Positions 1-8,395 of a stretch of DNA of 64,000 nucleotides are shown here, piece after piece (the first letter of the stretch is position 1; each line of letters opens with the position of its first letter). The notes under the pieces are model-generated. The model had not been told where the DNA came from and did not search any database. It saw only the letters and a list, made by a program, of their open reading frames with translations. Position numbers and translations under genes: made by a program. The stretch comes from Candidatus Beckwithbacteria bacterium GW2011_GWC1_49_16 (lineage in GTDB: Bacteria; Patescibacteriota; Microgenomatia; UBA1400; CG1-02-47-37), in contig CP011210.1 of the NCBI GenBank assembly GCA_001029675.1, positions 256,193 through 320,192 of the forward strand, given 5' to 3'.

Positions 1-71
1 GTCGGCCAAACGACTTTTTTTAATTCCGTCAAAGACTCTTTGACGAAACGTTGAGGCGCTGATTGTACCAT
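1..71 (-). CDS. secE: Preprotein translocase subunit SecE, 5' part (runs off window edge)
   Basis: Manual translation of the minus strand from ATG at 71 gives MVQSAPQRFVKESLTELKKVVWPT, the SecE F..E..ELKKV.WP motif. It lies downstream of rpmG and tRNA-Trp on the same strand, as expected. Confidence 0.88.
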   Translation of the reverse strand, partial: MVQSAPQRFVKESLTELKKVVWP

Positions 72-130
72 ACTTTAACACGTATGGTACCACAGAAAGG
101 TGAGCGCGTGGTATACTTAAAGTCCTAGAT

Positions 131-1027
131 ATGGCAGGAGGCAAGAAAATCTCCAAGGCGGTAATCGCGGTAGCTGGCTACGGCACCAGGTTTTTGCCGG
201 CGACTAAGAATCAACCCAAGGAAATGCTGCCGATCATCGACAAGCCGATCGTCCAGTATTTGGTAGAAGAGTGTGTTGAATCAGGGATTGAAAACATCAT
301 CATGGTGACGCGGTTTGGCCAGAGCGTTTTGGAAAACCATTTTGATTCCAATATCGAACTGGAGCAGCAGCTTCGGGCCAACGGCAAGCTTAGCTTACTC
401 AAAAAAGTCCAGAGGGTGAGCCAAATGGCTAACATTGTCTATGTGAGGCAAAGGAAGCACTTTCCTTATGGCAACGGCACACCGCTTCTGGCGGCCAAAG
501 ATTTGATTGACGAAAACGAAGCCTTTGTGTTTATGTGGGGGGACGACTTGGTCAAAGCAAAAGTGCCGGCCACCAAGCAGATTATTCAGGTGTGGGAGAA
601 AGAGGCCGGCGCTTTGGTGATGGCGGCCCAAGAAGTGCCGGCAGACGAGGTGGACCGCTACGGGATTGTTAAACTCAAAAAGGGCAGCGAGAATCAAGTA
701 GAGGCGTTGGTAGAAAAGCCGGAGCCCGACAAGAGTCCGTCGAGGCTGGCCCAATACGGCCGGTTTGTTTTAGACAGAAGAATCATCGACATTTTGTGGG
801 AGAATTTTGAAAAAAAGAGCTTGGGTAAAGGCGGGGAATTGTGGTTGACCGATGCGATCGAGCAGTTTATAAGAGGCGGTGGTAAGGTGGTAGTGGCGGA
901 GGTTGCCGGTAAGTGGATGACAACGGGAGATCCGCTTCGGTACATGCAAACCCAAGTGGAGTTTGCTTTGGAGAGAGAAGATTTAGGGAAAGACTTTAGG
1001 AATTATTTAAAGTCTTTAAGGCTGTAG
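131..1027 (+). CDS. galU: UTP--glucose-1-phosphate uridylyltransferase
   Basis: KAVIAVAGYGTRFLPATK..PKEMLPIIDKP, LVEKP and GELWLTDAI motifs. Confidence 0.92.
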   Translation: MAGGKKISKAVIAVAGYGTRFLPATKNQPKEMLPIIDKPIVQYLVEECVESGIENIIMVTRFGQSVLENHFDSNIELEQQLRANGKLSLLKKVQRVSQMANIVYVRQRKHFPYGNGTPLLAAKDLIDENEAFVFMWGDDLVKAKVPATKQIIQVWEKEAGALVMAAQEVPADEVDRYGIVKLKKGSENQVEALVEKPEPDKSPSRLAQYGRFVLDRRIIDILWENFEKKSLGKGGELWLTDAIEQFIRGGGKVVVAEVAGKWMTTGDPLRYMQTQVEFALEREDLGKDFRNYLKSLRL

Positions 1028-1035
1028 TTTAGCCA

Positions 1036-1230
1036 ATGCGTCAGGGTAAAATTGTTTCTCAACTTTCACAGATTATCTTGTCAATTGAGGCCGTTTCATC
1101 ACAGAGTCTGTCTTGGAGCTTGGATACCTGTCACGCGTGGGCGGCGGGTTACTCTTTGGGTAATCTTGGGAAGTCGTTGATAGGGAATGATATAGTTAAA
1201 GGGTTAAAGATGGCAAAAATACTAGAATGA
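1036..1230 (+). pseudogene. Remnant of endonuclease IV (Nfo, AP endonuclease family 2)
   Basis: The 64-aa ORF contains LDTCHAWAAGYSL, the Nfo LDTCH.FAAGYDL signature; the rest of the TIM barrel is missing. Confidence 0.7.
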
Positions 1231-2222
1231 ATGGTTGGTTTAAACGGCATTGGTGGTGGGTGTTGATTTTACTAGCGGTTATTGGAGCGACTTGGTGGGT
1301 GAGAACTGACAAACAAGTGTTTTTGAGCCCGGAGGCGCCGTATGTTTTGCTAGAAAAACCTTTGGAAAAATACAGCTTTGCCAATTTGCGCCAAGCCTCA
1401 TTTACCGGCAGCGAGATCAAGCTGGAGCGGGTGTTGGCGGAGGAAGCCGGTTACACCAGTTGGATGTTTGTCTATGACGCAGATGGGGGGAAAATCAGCG
1501 GCCAGGTAAATATTCCTAAAGGAGAGCCGCCGGCTGGCGGTCGGCCGGTGATTGTGATGTTGCGGGGTTACGTCGATCAAGAGATTTATGAAATAGGAGT
1601 GGGAACGAGTCGGGTGGCGGCAGTTTTGGCCGCCAACGGCTTTATCACTTTGGCGCCGGATTTTTTGGGCTACGGCGAGTCGGATCTGCCGCCGAATAAT
1701 ACTTTACAGGAACGATTTATGCGGCCGGGGCAAGTGATTCAACTAATTGAATCGGTAAAAAGCTTGCCGCAGGCTGACCCTGACAGGGTGGGAATTTGGG
1801 GGCACTCCAACGGAGGCCAAATTGCTCTTTCGGTTTTGGAAATAACCGGCAAAGACTATCCGGCGGTTTTGTGGGCGCCGGTATCAAAGCCTTTCCCTTA
1901 CTCGATTCTTTACTACACCGATGAGTTTGACGACTACGGCCGGGCTTTGCGCCAGGTGGTGGCCGGGTTTGAAGCAGTCTACAACGCCGACGACTACTCG
2001 ATTCACCGCTACTATGACTGGATTTCTGCCCCGACTCAAATCCATCAGGGCACCAGTGATGACGCCGTGCCCTATGAGTGGAGCCAGGAGCTCAACGATC
2101 GGCTGGAAGCTCTGGACAAAGAAGTGGAGTTTTACACCTACCCGGGAGCGGATCATAACTTGCTGCCGGCGTGGGATACGGCAGTTAGTAGGAGTATGGA
2201 GTGGTTCGCCGCGAGACTATAG
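1227..2222 (+). CDS. Membrane-anchored alpha/beta hydrolase (S9 peptidase-like)
   Basis: N-terminal TM helix, GIWGHSNGG nucleophile elbow, HQGTSDDAV and YPGADH catalytic Asp/His motifs. Confidence 0.85.
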   Translation: MNGWFKRHWWWVLILLAVIGATWWVRTDKQVFLSPEAPYVLLEKPLEKYSFANLRQASFTGSEIKLERVLAEEAGYTSWMFVYDADGGKISGQVNIPKGEPPAGGRPVIVMLRGYVDQEIYEIGVGTSRVAAVLAANGFITLAPDFLGYGESDLPPNNTLQERFMRPGQVIQLIESVKSLPQADPDRVGIWGHSNGGQIALSVLEITGKDYPAVLWAPVSKPFPYSILYYTDEFDDYGRALRQVVAGFEAVYNADDYSIHRYYDWISAPTQIHQGTSDDAVPYEWSQELNDRLEALDKEVEFYTYPGADHNLLPAWDTAVSRSMEWFAARL

Positions 2223-2246
2223 GTTAATCTGGTATAATCGGGGCTT

Positions 2247-3842
2247 ATGATGGCGGAGATGGAAAACAAACCGGTGAGTCAGGAGTTAGGCGCTGAAGGC
2301 GGTGCCAACTTGACGCCGCTTGAGAGCCTGATCGAGATTGGCAGAGAAGGCGGTCTGGTGACTTTTAATGATGTTTTAAGTTTTTTCCCCGACGTCGACG
2401 AACCCGGGGATTTTGATCGAGTATTGGATTCTCTACAGACAGCAGGGATATTGGTGGTTGAGGAAGAAGTTGAGTCGGAGCCAACGGATGAGGATTTGGC
2501 CGATAACGAACTGACCCGTCTAAGTAGCGGGACAGATTTAAAGCATCTTAATTCAGATGATATCGTGGGAACGTATCTTAGAGAAGTGAGCCGAGTGCCT
2601 TTGTTGACCGGCAAAGAGGAGGTTAATTTAGCCAAAAGGATTGAAAAAGGCAGGCAGGCGAGAGAAGAAGTGGCAGAGGGAGATTATGAGGCGGAAGAGT
2701 TGGGGAGGTTTCGGGAAATCATAGACAGTGGTGATGAGGCCTTTAAGCATTTAGTGGCTGCCAATGGGCGTTTGGTAGTCAGCGTGGCTAAAAAATACAT
2801 GGGGCGCGGCGTGCCTATTGAGGATTTAATCCAAGAAGGCAACATTGGCCTAATCAGGGCGGCTAAAAAGTTCGACTATCGTCGGGGTCATAAGTTTAGC
2901 ACTTACGCCACTTGGTGGATTCGGCAGGCTATCACTCGGGGGATTGCTGATCAGGGCAGGACGATCAGAGTTCCGGTTCATATGGGAGATAGTATTAACA
3001 AGATGCTTAAAGTGCAGCATCAGTTAGTCCAGAAACTTGGTCGAGAACCAACTAATGAAGAGGTGGCGGCGGAGCTTGATAAGACTAAGACGAGTAAAGC
3101 ACCGATTACGGCTAGTAAGGTAAAAATGATGAAGCAAGTTGCCAGAAGGCCGTTGTCTTTGGAGCAGCCGACCGGAGATGTTGAGGATGATTCGGTGTTG
3201 GGAGACTTTGTTGAGGATAAGACTGAACTACCGCCAGATGAAACTGCGGCAAACAACTTACTCAATGAACATTTGGCGGAGGTGATGGCAGATTTGCCGC
3301 CAAGAGAACAGCGGGTGTTGGAGTTAAGGTACGGCTTGGCGGACGGAATGGCTTACACTTTGGAAGAGGTCGGCAGAAAAATGGGTGTAACTAGAGAGAG
3401 GGTGAGGCAAATCGAGGCTCAGGCGTTATCGAGAATGAGACACCCGATGGTGAGAAAGAGGTTAAGAGAGTATTTGTCTGAAGATACATTTGAATATTTT
3501 AAGAAACCAAGTCTTGAGCGAGCGAGAGCGTCAAGAGAAAACATATTTAAGACTGGCAGTTTTGATAGCTACTATCTTAGTCTTTCCGGGAGAAAAAACC
3601 CGATGGTGGTAAGCAGCTTAGATCGATTGGGGGGCATAAGTTTGAGCGAAATTAATAAAACTCTTCTGGGATTTTTAAATTTTGAAAGAAGGGTGCTGAA
3701 AAAAGCTTTGGGAATAGAATTGGAAAGGGGTTTTGTTTATTCGGTGCCAGGGATTATGAAAGAGACCGGGTTATCGCGGTACGCGATTGAAGGAATTATT
3801 TCCAGGGGTTTGGCTGAAATAATGGCGAGATATAAAGGGTAG
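2247..3842 (+). CDS. RpoD-type sigma-70 factor with ~120-aa C-terminal extension
   Basis: Region 1.2 (YLREVSRVPLLT), region 2 (DLIQEGNIGLIRAAKKFDYRRGHKFSTYATWWIRQAITR), region 4.2 (TLEEVGRKMGVTRERVRQIEAQAL). Not next to dnaG, so it may be a paralogue. Confidence 0.93.
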   Translation: MMAEMENKPVSQELGAEGGANLTPLESLIEIGREGGLVTFNDVLSFFPDVDEPGDFDRVLDSLQTAGILVVEEEVESEPTDEDLADNELTRLSSGTDLKHLNSDDIVGTYLREVSRVPLLTGKEEVNLAKRIEKGRQAREEVAEGDYEAEELGRFREIIDSGDEAFKHLVAANGRLVVSVAKKYMGRGVPIEDLIQEGNIGLIRAAKKFDYRRGHKFSTYATWWIRQAITRGIADQGRTIRVPVHMGDSINKMLKVQHQLVQKLGREPTNEEVAAELDKTKTSKAPITASKVKMMKQVARRPLSLEQPTGDVEDDSVLGDFVEDKTELPPDETAANNLLNEHLAEVMADLPPREQRVLELRYGLADGMAYTLEEVGRKMGVTRERVRQIEAQALSRMRHPMVRKRLREYLSEDTFEYFKKPSLERARASRENIFKTGSFDSYYLSLSGRKNPMVVSSLDRLGGISLSEINKTLLGFLNFERRVLKKALGIELERGFVYSVPGIMKETGLSRYAIEGIISRGLAEIMARYKG

Positions 3843-3860
3843 TTGCTATAATGATCTTTA

Positions 3861-5177
3861 ATGCCTACCGATAAGCACGAGTTGCCTCCGGAAAGTTTGG
3901 ATTTGAAACAAGCGCTTCACGAAGAGCGGCATATGCTCGAGGACGTCGAGACACCAGTGGTGACGGTATCAGCCACTTACCGCAAAGAGCTGGCGTATAA
4001 ATATCAGACTTTGGTTCACGCCGCGTCTGACGTGGTTTTCTCCCGGGCCCACTACTCGATGGCCGAGGCGGTGGTGCGGGCGTCGACTCTTTTAGGAAGA
4101 GCGGCCCACATGGCGGATCCGACTAACTTTGTTTCGCACCGCGATTGGCAAAAGGTTCAGTTTACCGAAAAAGTGGGGCAACTGATGGCCCGGTCAAAGA
4201 TACTCAAGTGGGTTAAAGACAAAGTCGACACCGTGGCTAGAAATCAACTGCCGATCAACCAAGCGATTACCCCGCCTTTAATTTACCTTACCGGCAGAGT
4301 CCGTTGTCCGGTGGTGTCGCTACACTATGAAGTGGGCAATATTTTGGTTGAAAACGGCCGGGAGGTAGTTCAGGTGGTGACCGACCCGCACGTTAGGCCG
4401 CAGTATTTAACCTGCCTGCCTTCAGACAAAATTACCTACTGTGTTTTTGACGAGAGGACTAAAAAGGATTTATTAAAGCAGGCCAGAAAGATGGGGAAAA
4501 ATATCAAGCGGGGGCAGGTGGCAGTCACCGGGCCGCCGGTAGACCCGAGAATTGTCAGATTGGGTAGAAGCGTTAAAGATCTTGGTAAAAACGAGATGGT
4601 CAATTTGGCGGTGGCGACGGGAGGTTTAGGGACGAACATGGACGAAATCAGGCAAATTTTGGACCAGCTGGTGCCGCTTCTTAAGCCTCCGGCTAAAATT
4701 AGGCTGTTCTTGTACGCCGGAACGCATCGGGACTTTAGGGCTTTGTTTGAGGACTATGCCGAGGACAACGGGGTGAGGATCGGTAACCTGGACGATGAGC
4801 TGGCACCAATAAGGATTCTTTACGAGGACTCGATAATTGATGCCAACAACAACCTGATCCGTTACATGTTTCCTTGGGCTCACGGAGTGGTGACCAAGCC
4901 GTCGGGAGACATGGCTTACGACGCGGCCGCGGCCGGGTGCTTTTTACTCTTTTTGAAGCCTTGGGGAGAGTGGGAAGAAAACATTCAAAAGCGGTTTGTC
5001 AAACGCCGCGTGGGTTATGATTTTCCGCCGGAAGATGCTTTGGAACATTTTAAAAGTTTGTGGTCGAGGGGGTTACTTAATAGCGCCATGAGCCGGGCGC
5101 GCCGGCTGCCCAAAATTTTCCGCGAAGGCGCCAAAAACATCGTTAGGGTGCATCAAGGTAAGCCGTGCCGGGTGTAG
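3861..5177 (+). CDS. GT-B glycosyltransferase, UgtP/MGDG-synthase-like (divergent)
   Basis: VVTDPH, VTGPPVDPR, VVTKPSG and GEWEEN resemble the TD..H, TGIPV, ITKPGG and GQE..N motifs of UgtP/MGDG synthases. Confidence 0.6.
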   Translation: MPTDKHELPPESLDLKQALHEERHMLEDVETPVVTVSATYRKELAYKYQTLVHAASDVVFSRAHYSMAEAVVRASTLLGRAAHMADPTNFVSHRDWQKVQFTEKVGQLMARSKILKWVKDKVDTVARNQLPINQAITPPLIYLTGRVRCPVVSLHYEVGNILVENGREVVQVVTDPHVRPQYLTCLPSDKITYCVFDERTKKDLLKQARKMGKNIKRGQVAVTGPPVDPRIVRLGRSVKDLGKNEMVNLAVATGGLGTNMDEIRQILDQLVPLLKPPAKIRLFLYAGTHRDFRALFEDYAEDNGVRIGNLDDELAPIRILYEDSIIDANNNLIRYMFPWAHGVVTKPSGDMAYDAAAAGCFLLFLKPWGEWEENIQKRFVKRRVGYDFPPEDALEHFKSLWSRGLLNSAMSRARRLPKIFREGAKNIVRVHQGKPCRV

Positions 5178-5179
5178 AG

Positions 5180-5250
5180 CAGGGGCGGCAGGAGTCGAAC
5201 CTACAGTCCGGGTTTTGGAGACCCGTGGTTTGCCATTAACCGACGCCCCT
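5180..5250 (-). tRNA. tRNA-Trp(CCA)
   Basis: Reverse complement AGGGGCGTCGGTTAATGGCAAACCACGGGTCT-CCA-AAACCCGGACTGTAGGTTCGACTCCTGCCGCCCCTG folds as a cloverleaf; no encoded CCA tail. Confidence 0.95.
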
Positions 5251-5343
5251 ATGAGGCTATTTTAACACGAAGTGGGTTTCGAGCCAGCCACCTATTGACA
5301 AGCGCATTTATTTTCGGGTATTGTTTGTATAGAGGATTTGAGT

Positions 5344-6111
5344 ATGAGGTGGGATAAAGTTATAGTTCACAAAGCTAGGAAATTAAGAACAGGAGGAAGA
5401 ACCTATTCAGAAATAAATGCTCAGCTGGGAGTTAATGTGCCGAAATCTACTTATAACTTTTGGTTTAAAGACTTAATTTTGCCAGAGTCGTACTACAAAA
5501 GAATTGAGAAGTTAAATAAGAAAAATTTTAGTAAGGCGATTCGGGCGGCTCAAAAGATAAACAGGGAAAAATTGATGGCCAGGATTGATAGGCTTAGGGG
5601 TAAAAATAAACACTTGGTTGGTAGAATTGACAAGCAAACAGGAAAATTGCTTTTGGCAATGTTGTATCTGTGTGAAGGGAATAAGTATCCTTCCCATCAG
5701 GCTCTGCGGTTTGGCAGTTCCCATCCGGCAATGTTGAGATTGTTCATTGCTTTATTAAGGAGTTGCTTTAGGCTTGATGAAAATAAAATTAGAGGAGAGT
5801 TGCAATGCCGGGCCGACCAAGATACAAGAAAGCTGCAAAAATTTTGGAGTAAGGTAACAGGAATTTCCTTAAGTAGATTCTATCCAGCAAGAATTGATAA
5901 AAGGACAATAAATAAGCCGACAAAAAAGAGAGATTACAAGGGAGTTTTTGTTGTCAATTACTTTGACGTAGAAGTACAACTTGAGTTACAATTACTGGGT
6001 GAGTATTTAGGAGAAGAAGGGCCCGTAGCTCAGTTGGTAGAGCGCCTGCATGGCATGCAGGAGGTTTCAGGGGTTCGAGCCCCCTCGGGTCCACAGTTTA
6101 CTTCAACTTAG
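5344..6111 (+). CDS. HTH + LAGLIDADG-like endonuclease-family protein; 3' end reads through tRNA-Ala
   Basis: N-terminal HTH (ARKLRTGGRTYSEINAQLGVNVPKSTYNFW), LAGLIDADG-like helix LLAMLYLCEGNK followed by FGSSHPAMLRLF. Visibly AT-richer than flanks; TTGACA at 5295. Confidence 0.7.
   Translation: MRWDKVIVHKARKLRTGGRTYSEINAQLGVNVPKSTYNFWFKDLILPESYYKRIEKLNKKNFSKAIRAAQKINREKLMARIDRLRGKNKHLVGRIDKQTGKLLLAMLYLCEGNKYPSHQALRFGSSHPAMLRLFIALLRSCFRLDENKIRGELQCRADQDTRKLQKFWSKVTGISLSRFYPARIDKRTINKPTKKRDYKGVFVVNYFDVEVQLELQLLGEYLGEEGPVAQLVERLHGMQEVSGVRAPSGPQFTST
6019..6093 (+). tRNA. tRNA-Ala(GGC) with 7-nt variable loop
   Basis: GGGCCCG/CGGGTCC acceptor stem with G3:U70, anticodon arm CCTGC-AT GGC AT-GCAGG, T arm AGGGG-TTCGAGC-CCCCT; variable region AGGTTTC. 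Confidence 0.9.
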
Positions 6112-6271
6112 TGGTTTCTTTGTGCAAGGTGTGCTGGCGGCAAACCTTGCAGTATTTTTTTAAAGATAGCTTTTCGGTAGTGGTGGTGCGGTTCTTTTGG
6201 GAAATGTAGTTTTGGGAACCGCAGACAGAGCACTTAAAAGCGATTAAAATTCTTGGTCCTTTTTTAGCCAT
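6098..6271 (-). CDS. rpmG: 50S ribosomal protein L33 (Zn-ribbon type)
   Basis: Below ORF-track cutoff. Manual translation: MAKKGPRILIAFKCSVCGSQNYISQKNRTTTTEKLSLKKYCKVCRQHTLHKETTKLK. Confidence 0.95.
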   Translation of the reverse strand: MAKKGPRILIAFKCSVCGSQNYISQKNRTTTTEKLSLKKYCKVCRQHTLHKETTKLK

Positions 6272-6303
6272 ACTTCGACTCCTTCCAGTCGCTCAGTACA
6301 AGT
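6271..6303. repeat. Short imperfect palindrome (CTTCGACT...CGCTCAGTAC family)
   Basis: TACTTCGACTCCTTCCAGTCGCTCAGTACAAGT, similar to 6434-6457 and 61074-61094. Confidence 0.5.
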
Positions 6304-6361
6304 AATATTCAGAGGCCAATTGTAACAGATTGGTTTGTACTGAGCAATTTAATGCGAAGTG

Positions 6362-6434
6362 AGCCGAGACCGGGAATCGAACCCGGGACCTCGAACTTAC
6401 CATGTTCGCGCTCTACCGACTGAGCTATCTCGGC
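6362..6434 (-). tRNA. tRNA-Thr(GGT)
   Basis: GCCGAGATAGCTCAGTCGGTAGAGCGCGAACAT-GGT-AAGTTCGAGGTCCCGGGTTCGATTCCCGGTCTCGGCT cloverleaf. Confidence 0.95.
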
Positions 6435-6474
6435 ACCTCGCTGCGCTCGGTGTAAACACAGCAACGAAGGTATT

Positions 6475-7134
6475 TTACGCCAGCCGTCTAACTTTTTCCA
6501 GCACTGCCTGCCAGTTTTTACAGGGAACGATGTTGATATCCGAGCGGGGGGCCTGGTCGGGGTAGTCGTAAAGGAACAGAACTCCTTGATAGTTTTTAGA
6601 CAAATCTTTAGCTAGCTGGGGGTGGTCGTCGACCATACCGATTACCTGGGGGTAAAGGTATTCTAAGACTTTGGCTTTCCAGGAGAGGCTTTCCGGGAGT
6701 TTAACTCCGGGGGTGCGGTAGGCGACTTCGGCTTGGGGAAAGCCGTATTTTTTGAGCCAGACTCGGGTGCCGGGCATGACCGACTTGGACCGGGCGGTAA
6801 GATAAACCACCACCGGGATAATTTGGTGAATTTGGTTGACGATGTGGTTGGCGTTTTTGATTAAGGGAAAATCGCGATGGAGTCTGTCGTCGTGGCGGAC
6901 TTGCTTTTCCCAGGCGCGAACCTCTTTGCCGCTCCAGTAGGGAGCATAGTAGGAGTAGCGGTATTTTTGTTGTACTTCTTCCACGCTCAAACCTTCGGGG
7001 TTGCCGAATTTTTCCATCAAACCTTTGATCCAAAAGTCACCGGTGCGGGCCAAGGTGTCGTCAACGTCGACGGCTAAACCCTTGAGTTTCTTTTTCTTGA
7101 GCTTGGCTTTAAGGTCTTTGATAAATGGGTGCAT
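6475..7134 (-). CDS. HAD-superfamily phosphatase, 5'(3')-deoxyribonucleotidase-like
   Basis: Motif I AVDVDDTL, motif II YLTAR, motif IV GMVDDHP, C-terminal CKNWQAV. Confidence 0.8.
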   Translation of the reverse strand: MHPFIKDLKAKLKKKKLKGLAVDVDDTLARTGDFWIKGLMEKFGNPEGLSVEEVQQKYRYSYYAPYWSGKEVRAWEKQVRHDDRLHRDFPLIKNANHIVNQIHQIIPVVVYLTARSKSVMPGTRVWLKKYGFPQAEVAYRTPGVKLPESLSWKAKVLEYLYPQVIGMVDDHPQLAKDLSKNYQGVLFLYDYPDQAPRSDINIVPCKNWQAVLEKVRRLA

Positions 7135-7173
7135 AGTTTAATGATTATAGCAACTTGTGATAAATTATCCTCT

Positions 7174-7780
7174 ATGACGATAATAGAACGGGAAAGGGCG
7201 GGTGTGGCTCCAAGACTTGATGAGGCCCAAGGTTTGATAGTCGAGCTTAGTCAACGGTTGGAAACAGGGCTGGCGTTTTTGCTGGTTGATGGTCCGGTGG
7301 CCAGCGGTAAGACAGAGTTGGTTAAGGGGTTGAAGAGCGAATTTAATGGTCTTATGGGTGGGGTCGAGCCCACAGTAATTGAGGTTGACTGGGCAGTGCA
7401 GTCGCGAGAATATAGGAGTCAACATCCAGAAAAGCTTAATCGACACCAGGCTTGGTTCAGGCTGCACCGCCATTATGGTCTTCTACATCAGTATTTAAGA
7501 GGACAAGAGAATGGGGAATTAAGCATTACTCATAAAAATTTTTACCAAGCACAAAGTCGAACCAATAACTATTATGGTGGAGGCACCTTTGGAAGACAAA
7601 GTAAGGCGAATAAGGGAGAGAGCCAGGGCAAGAAATCAGGACCCCGATGAGCAGGAGAGGCGGATGCTAGAGGTGTTTGAAAAGGATTGGCTGTCAAGGC
7701 GGGAAGAGGTGTTGGCTCTGGCTGGTGGGGTGGCAGACTCAACCGAGGGGGAGTTTTTAGTGAGAAGGAATGGGGACTGA
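7174..7780 (+). pseudogene. Frameshifted uridine-kinase-like P-loop kinase
   Basis: VDGPVASGKT Walker A in ORF 7129-7650. The kinase C-terminal lid (VEAPLEDKVRRIRER) is in another frame (7574-7780), and the intervening region looks deleted. Confidence 0.6.
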
Positions 7781-7783
7781 GAG

Positions 7784-7811
7784 TGGTGCTGGGGCCAGGG
7801 TTCGAACCTGG
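7784..7811 (-). repeat. Duplicated 3' end of tRNA-Tyr (att-like direct repeat)
   Basis: 7786-7811 GTGCTGGGGCCAGGGTTCGAACCTGG is identical to 10111-10136; this copy ends in encoded CCA on the minus strand. Confidence 0.9.
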
Positions 7812-7831
7812 TTTGGTAGTACAATAAACTT

Positions 7832-8395
7832 ATGTTAAAGATTAAGTTATATAAAGATTTACCTGAGGAGTTGAGATCAAAATATTCTAAACTGAAGAGG
7901 GGTGTTTTTGTTGGTGAAGCTCAGGAAGAAGAAGATGAGGGAATTGAACACGAAGAGGAATATTGTAGTGAAGCAGATCTTATCTGTTATTTAATTGCTT
8001 ATGAGGATGAGGAGATAATTGGGGGCTTAGAATTATTTAAAAGGAGGATTAAGCATCTTAATCAATTGATAATTTTAGGTGGGATTGGTAGTCTTTGGGT
8101 GAGAAAAGACAAAAGAAGGAGGGGTTTAGCTACAAAACTACTAAAGAAAGTAATGGAGGAATTAAAGATAAAAGGCTGTGAGGTGGTTTATTTATGTACT
8201 GATATAGGGAAATTAAAAAGTCTATATGCCCAAGTTGGCTTTGTGCCTTTAAAAAAGAATTATACTTTTGTAGGTAGGTCTGGGAAAAGATATTTTAAAG
8301 ATGACGGTATGATTGCTTTCATAAAACCTAAGGAAACTTTAAGGAAGATAGTTAAGAGTAAAGAACCATTCGATATTGGAGTAGGTAATTGGTGA
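7832..8395 (+). CDS. GNAT-family N-acetyltransferase
   Basis: GGIGSLWVRKDKRRRGLATKLL acetyl-CoA motif and LYAQVGF; AT-rich. Confidence 0.85.
   Translation: MLKIKLYKDLPEELRSKYSKLKRGVFVGEAQEEEDEGIEHEEEYCSEADLICYLIAYEDEEIIGGLELFKRRIKHLNQLIILGGIGSLWVRKDKRRRGLATKLLKKVMEELKIKGCEVVYLCTDIGKLKSLYAQVGFVPLKKNYTFVGRSGKRYFKDDGMIAFIKPKETLRKIVKSKEPFDIGVGNW

Noticed and set aside
1527-1540. CCGCCGGCTGGCGG in the hydrolase gene, reverse complement of the dnaX palindrome
   Set aside because: PPAGG fits the natural P..GG.P motif preceding the first core strand of such hydrolases, so it may be coincidental; not counted as an insertion.
6359-6565. 68-aa ORF
   Set aside because: Antisense shadow of tRNA-Thr and the HAD gene end.
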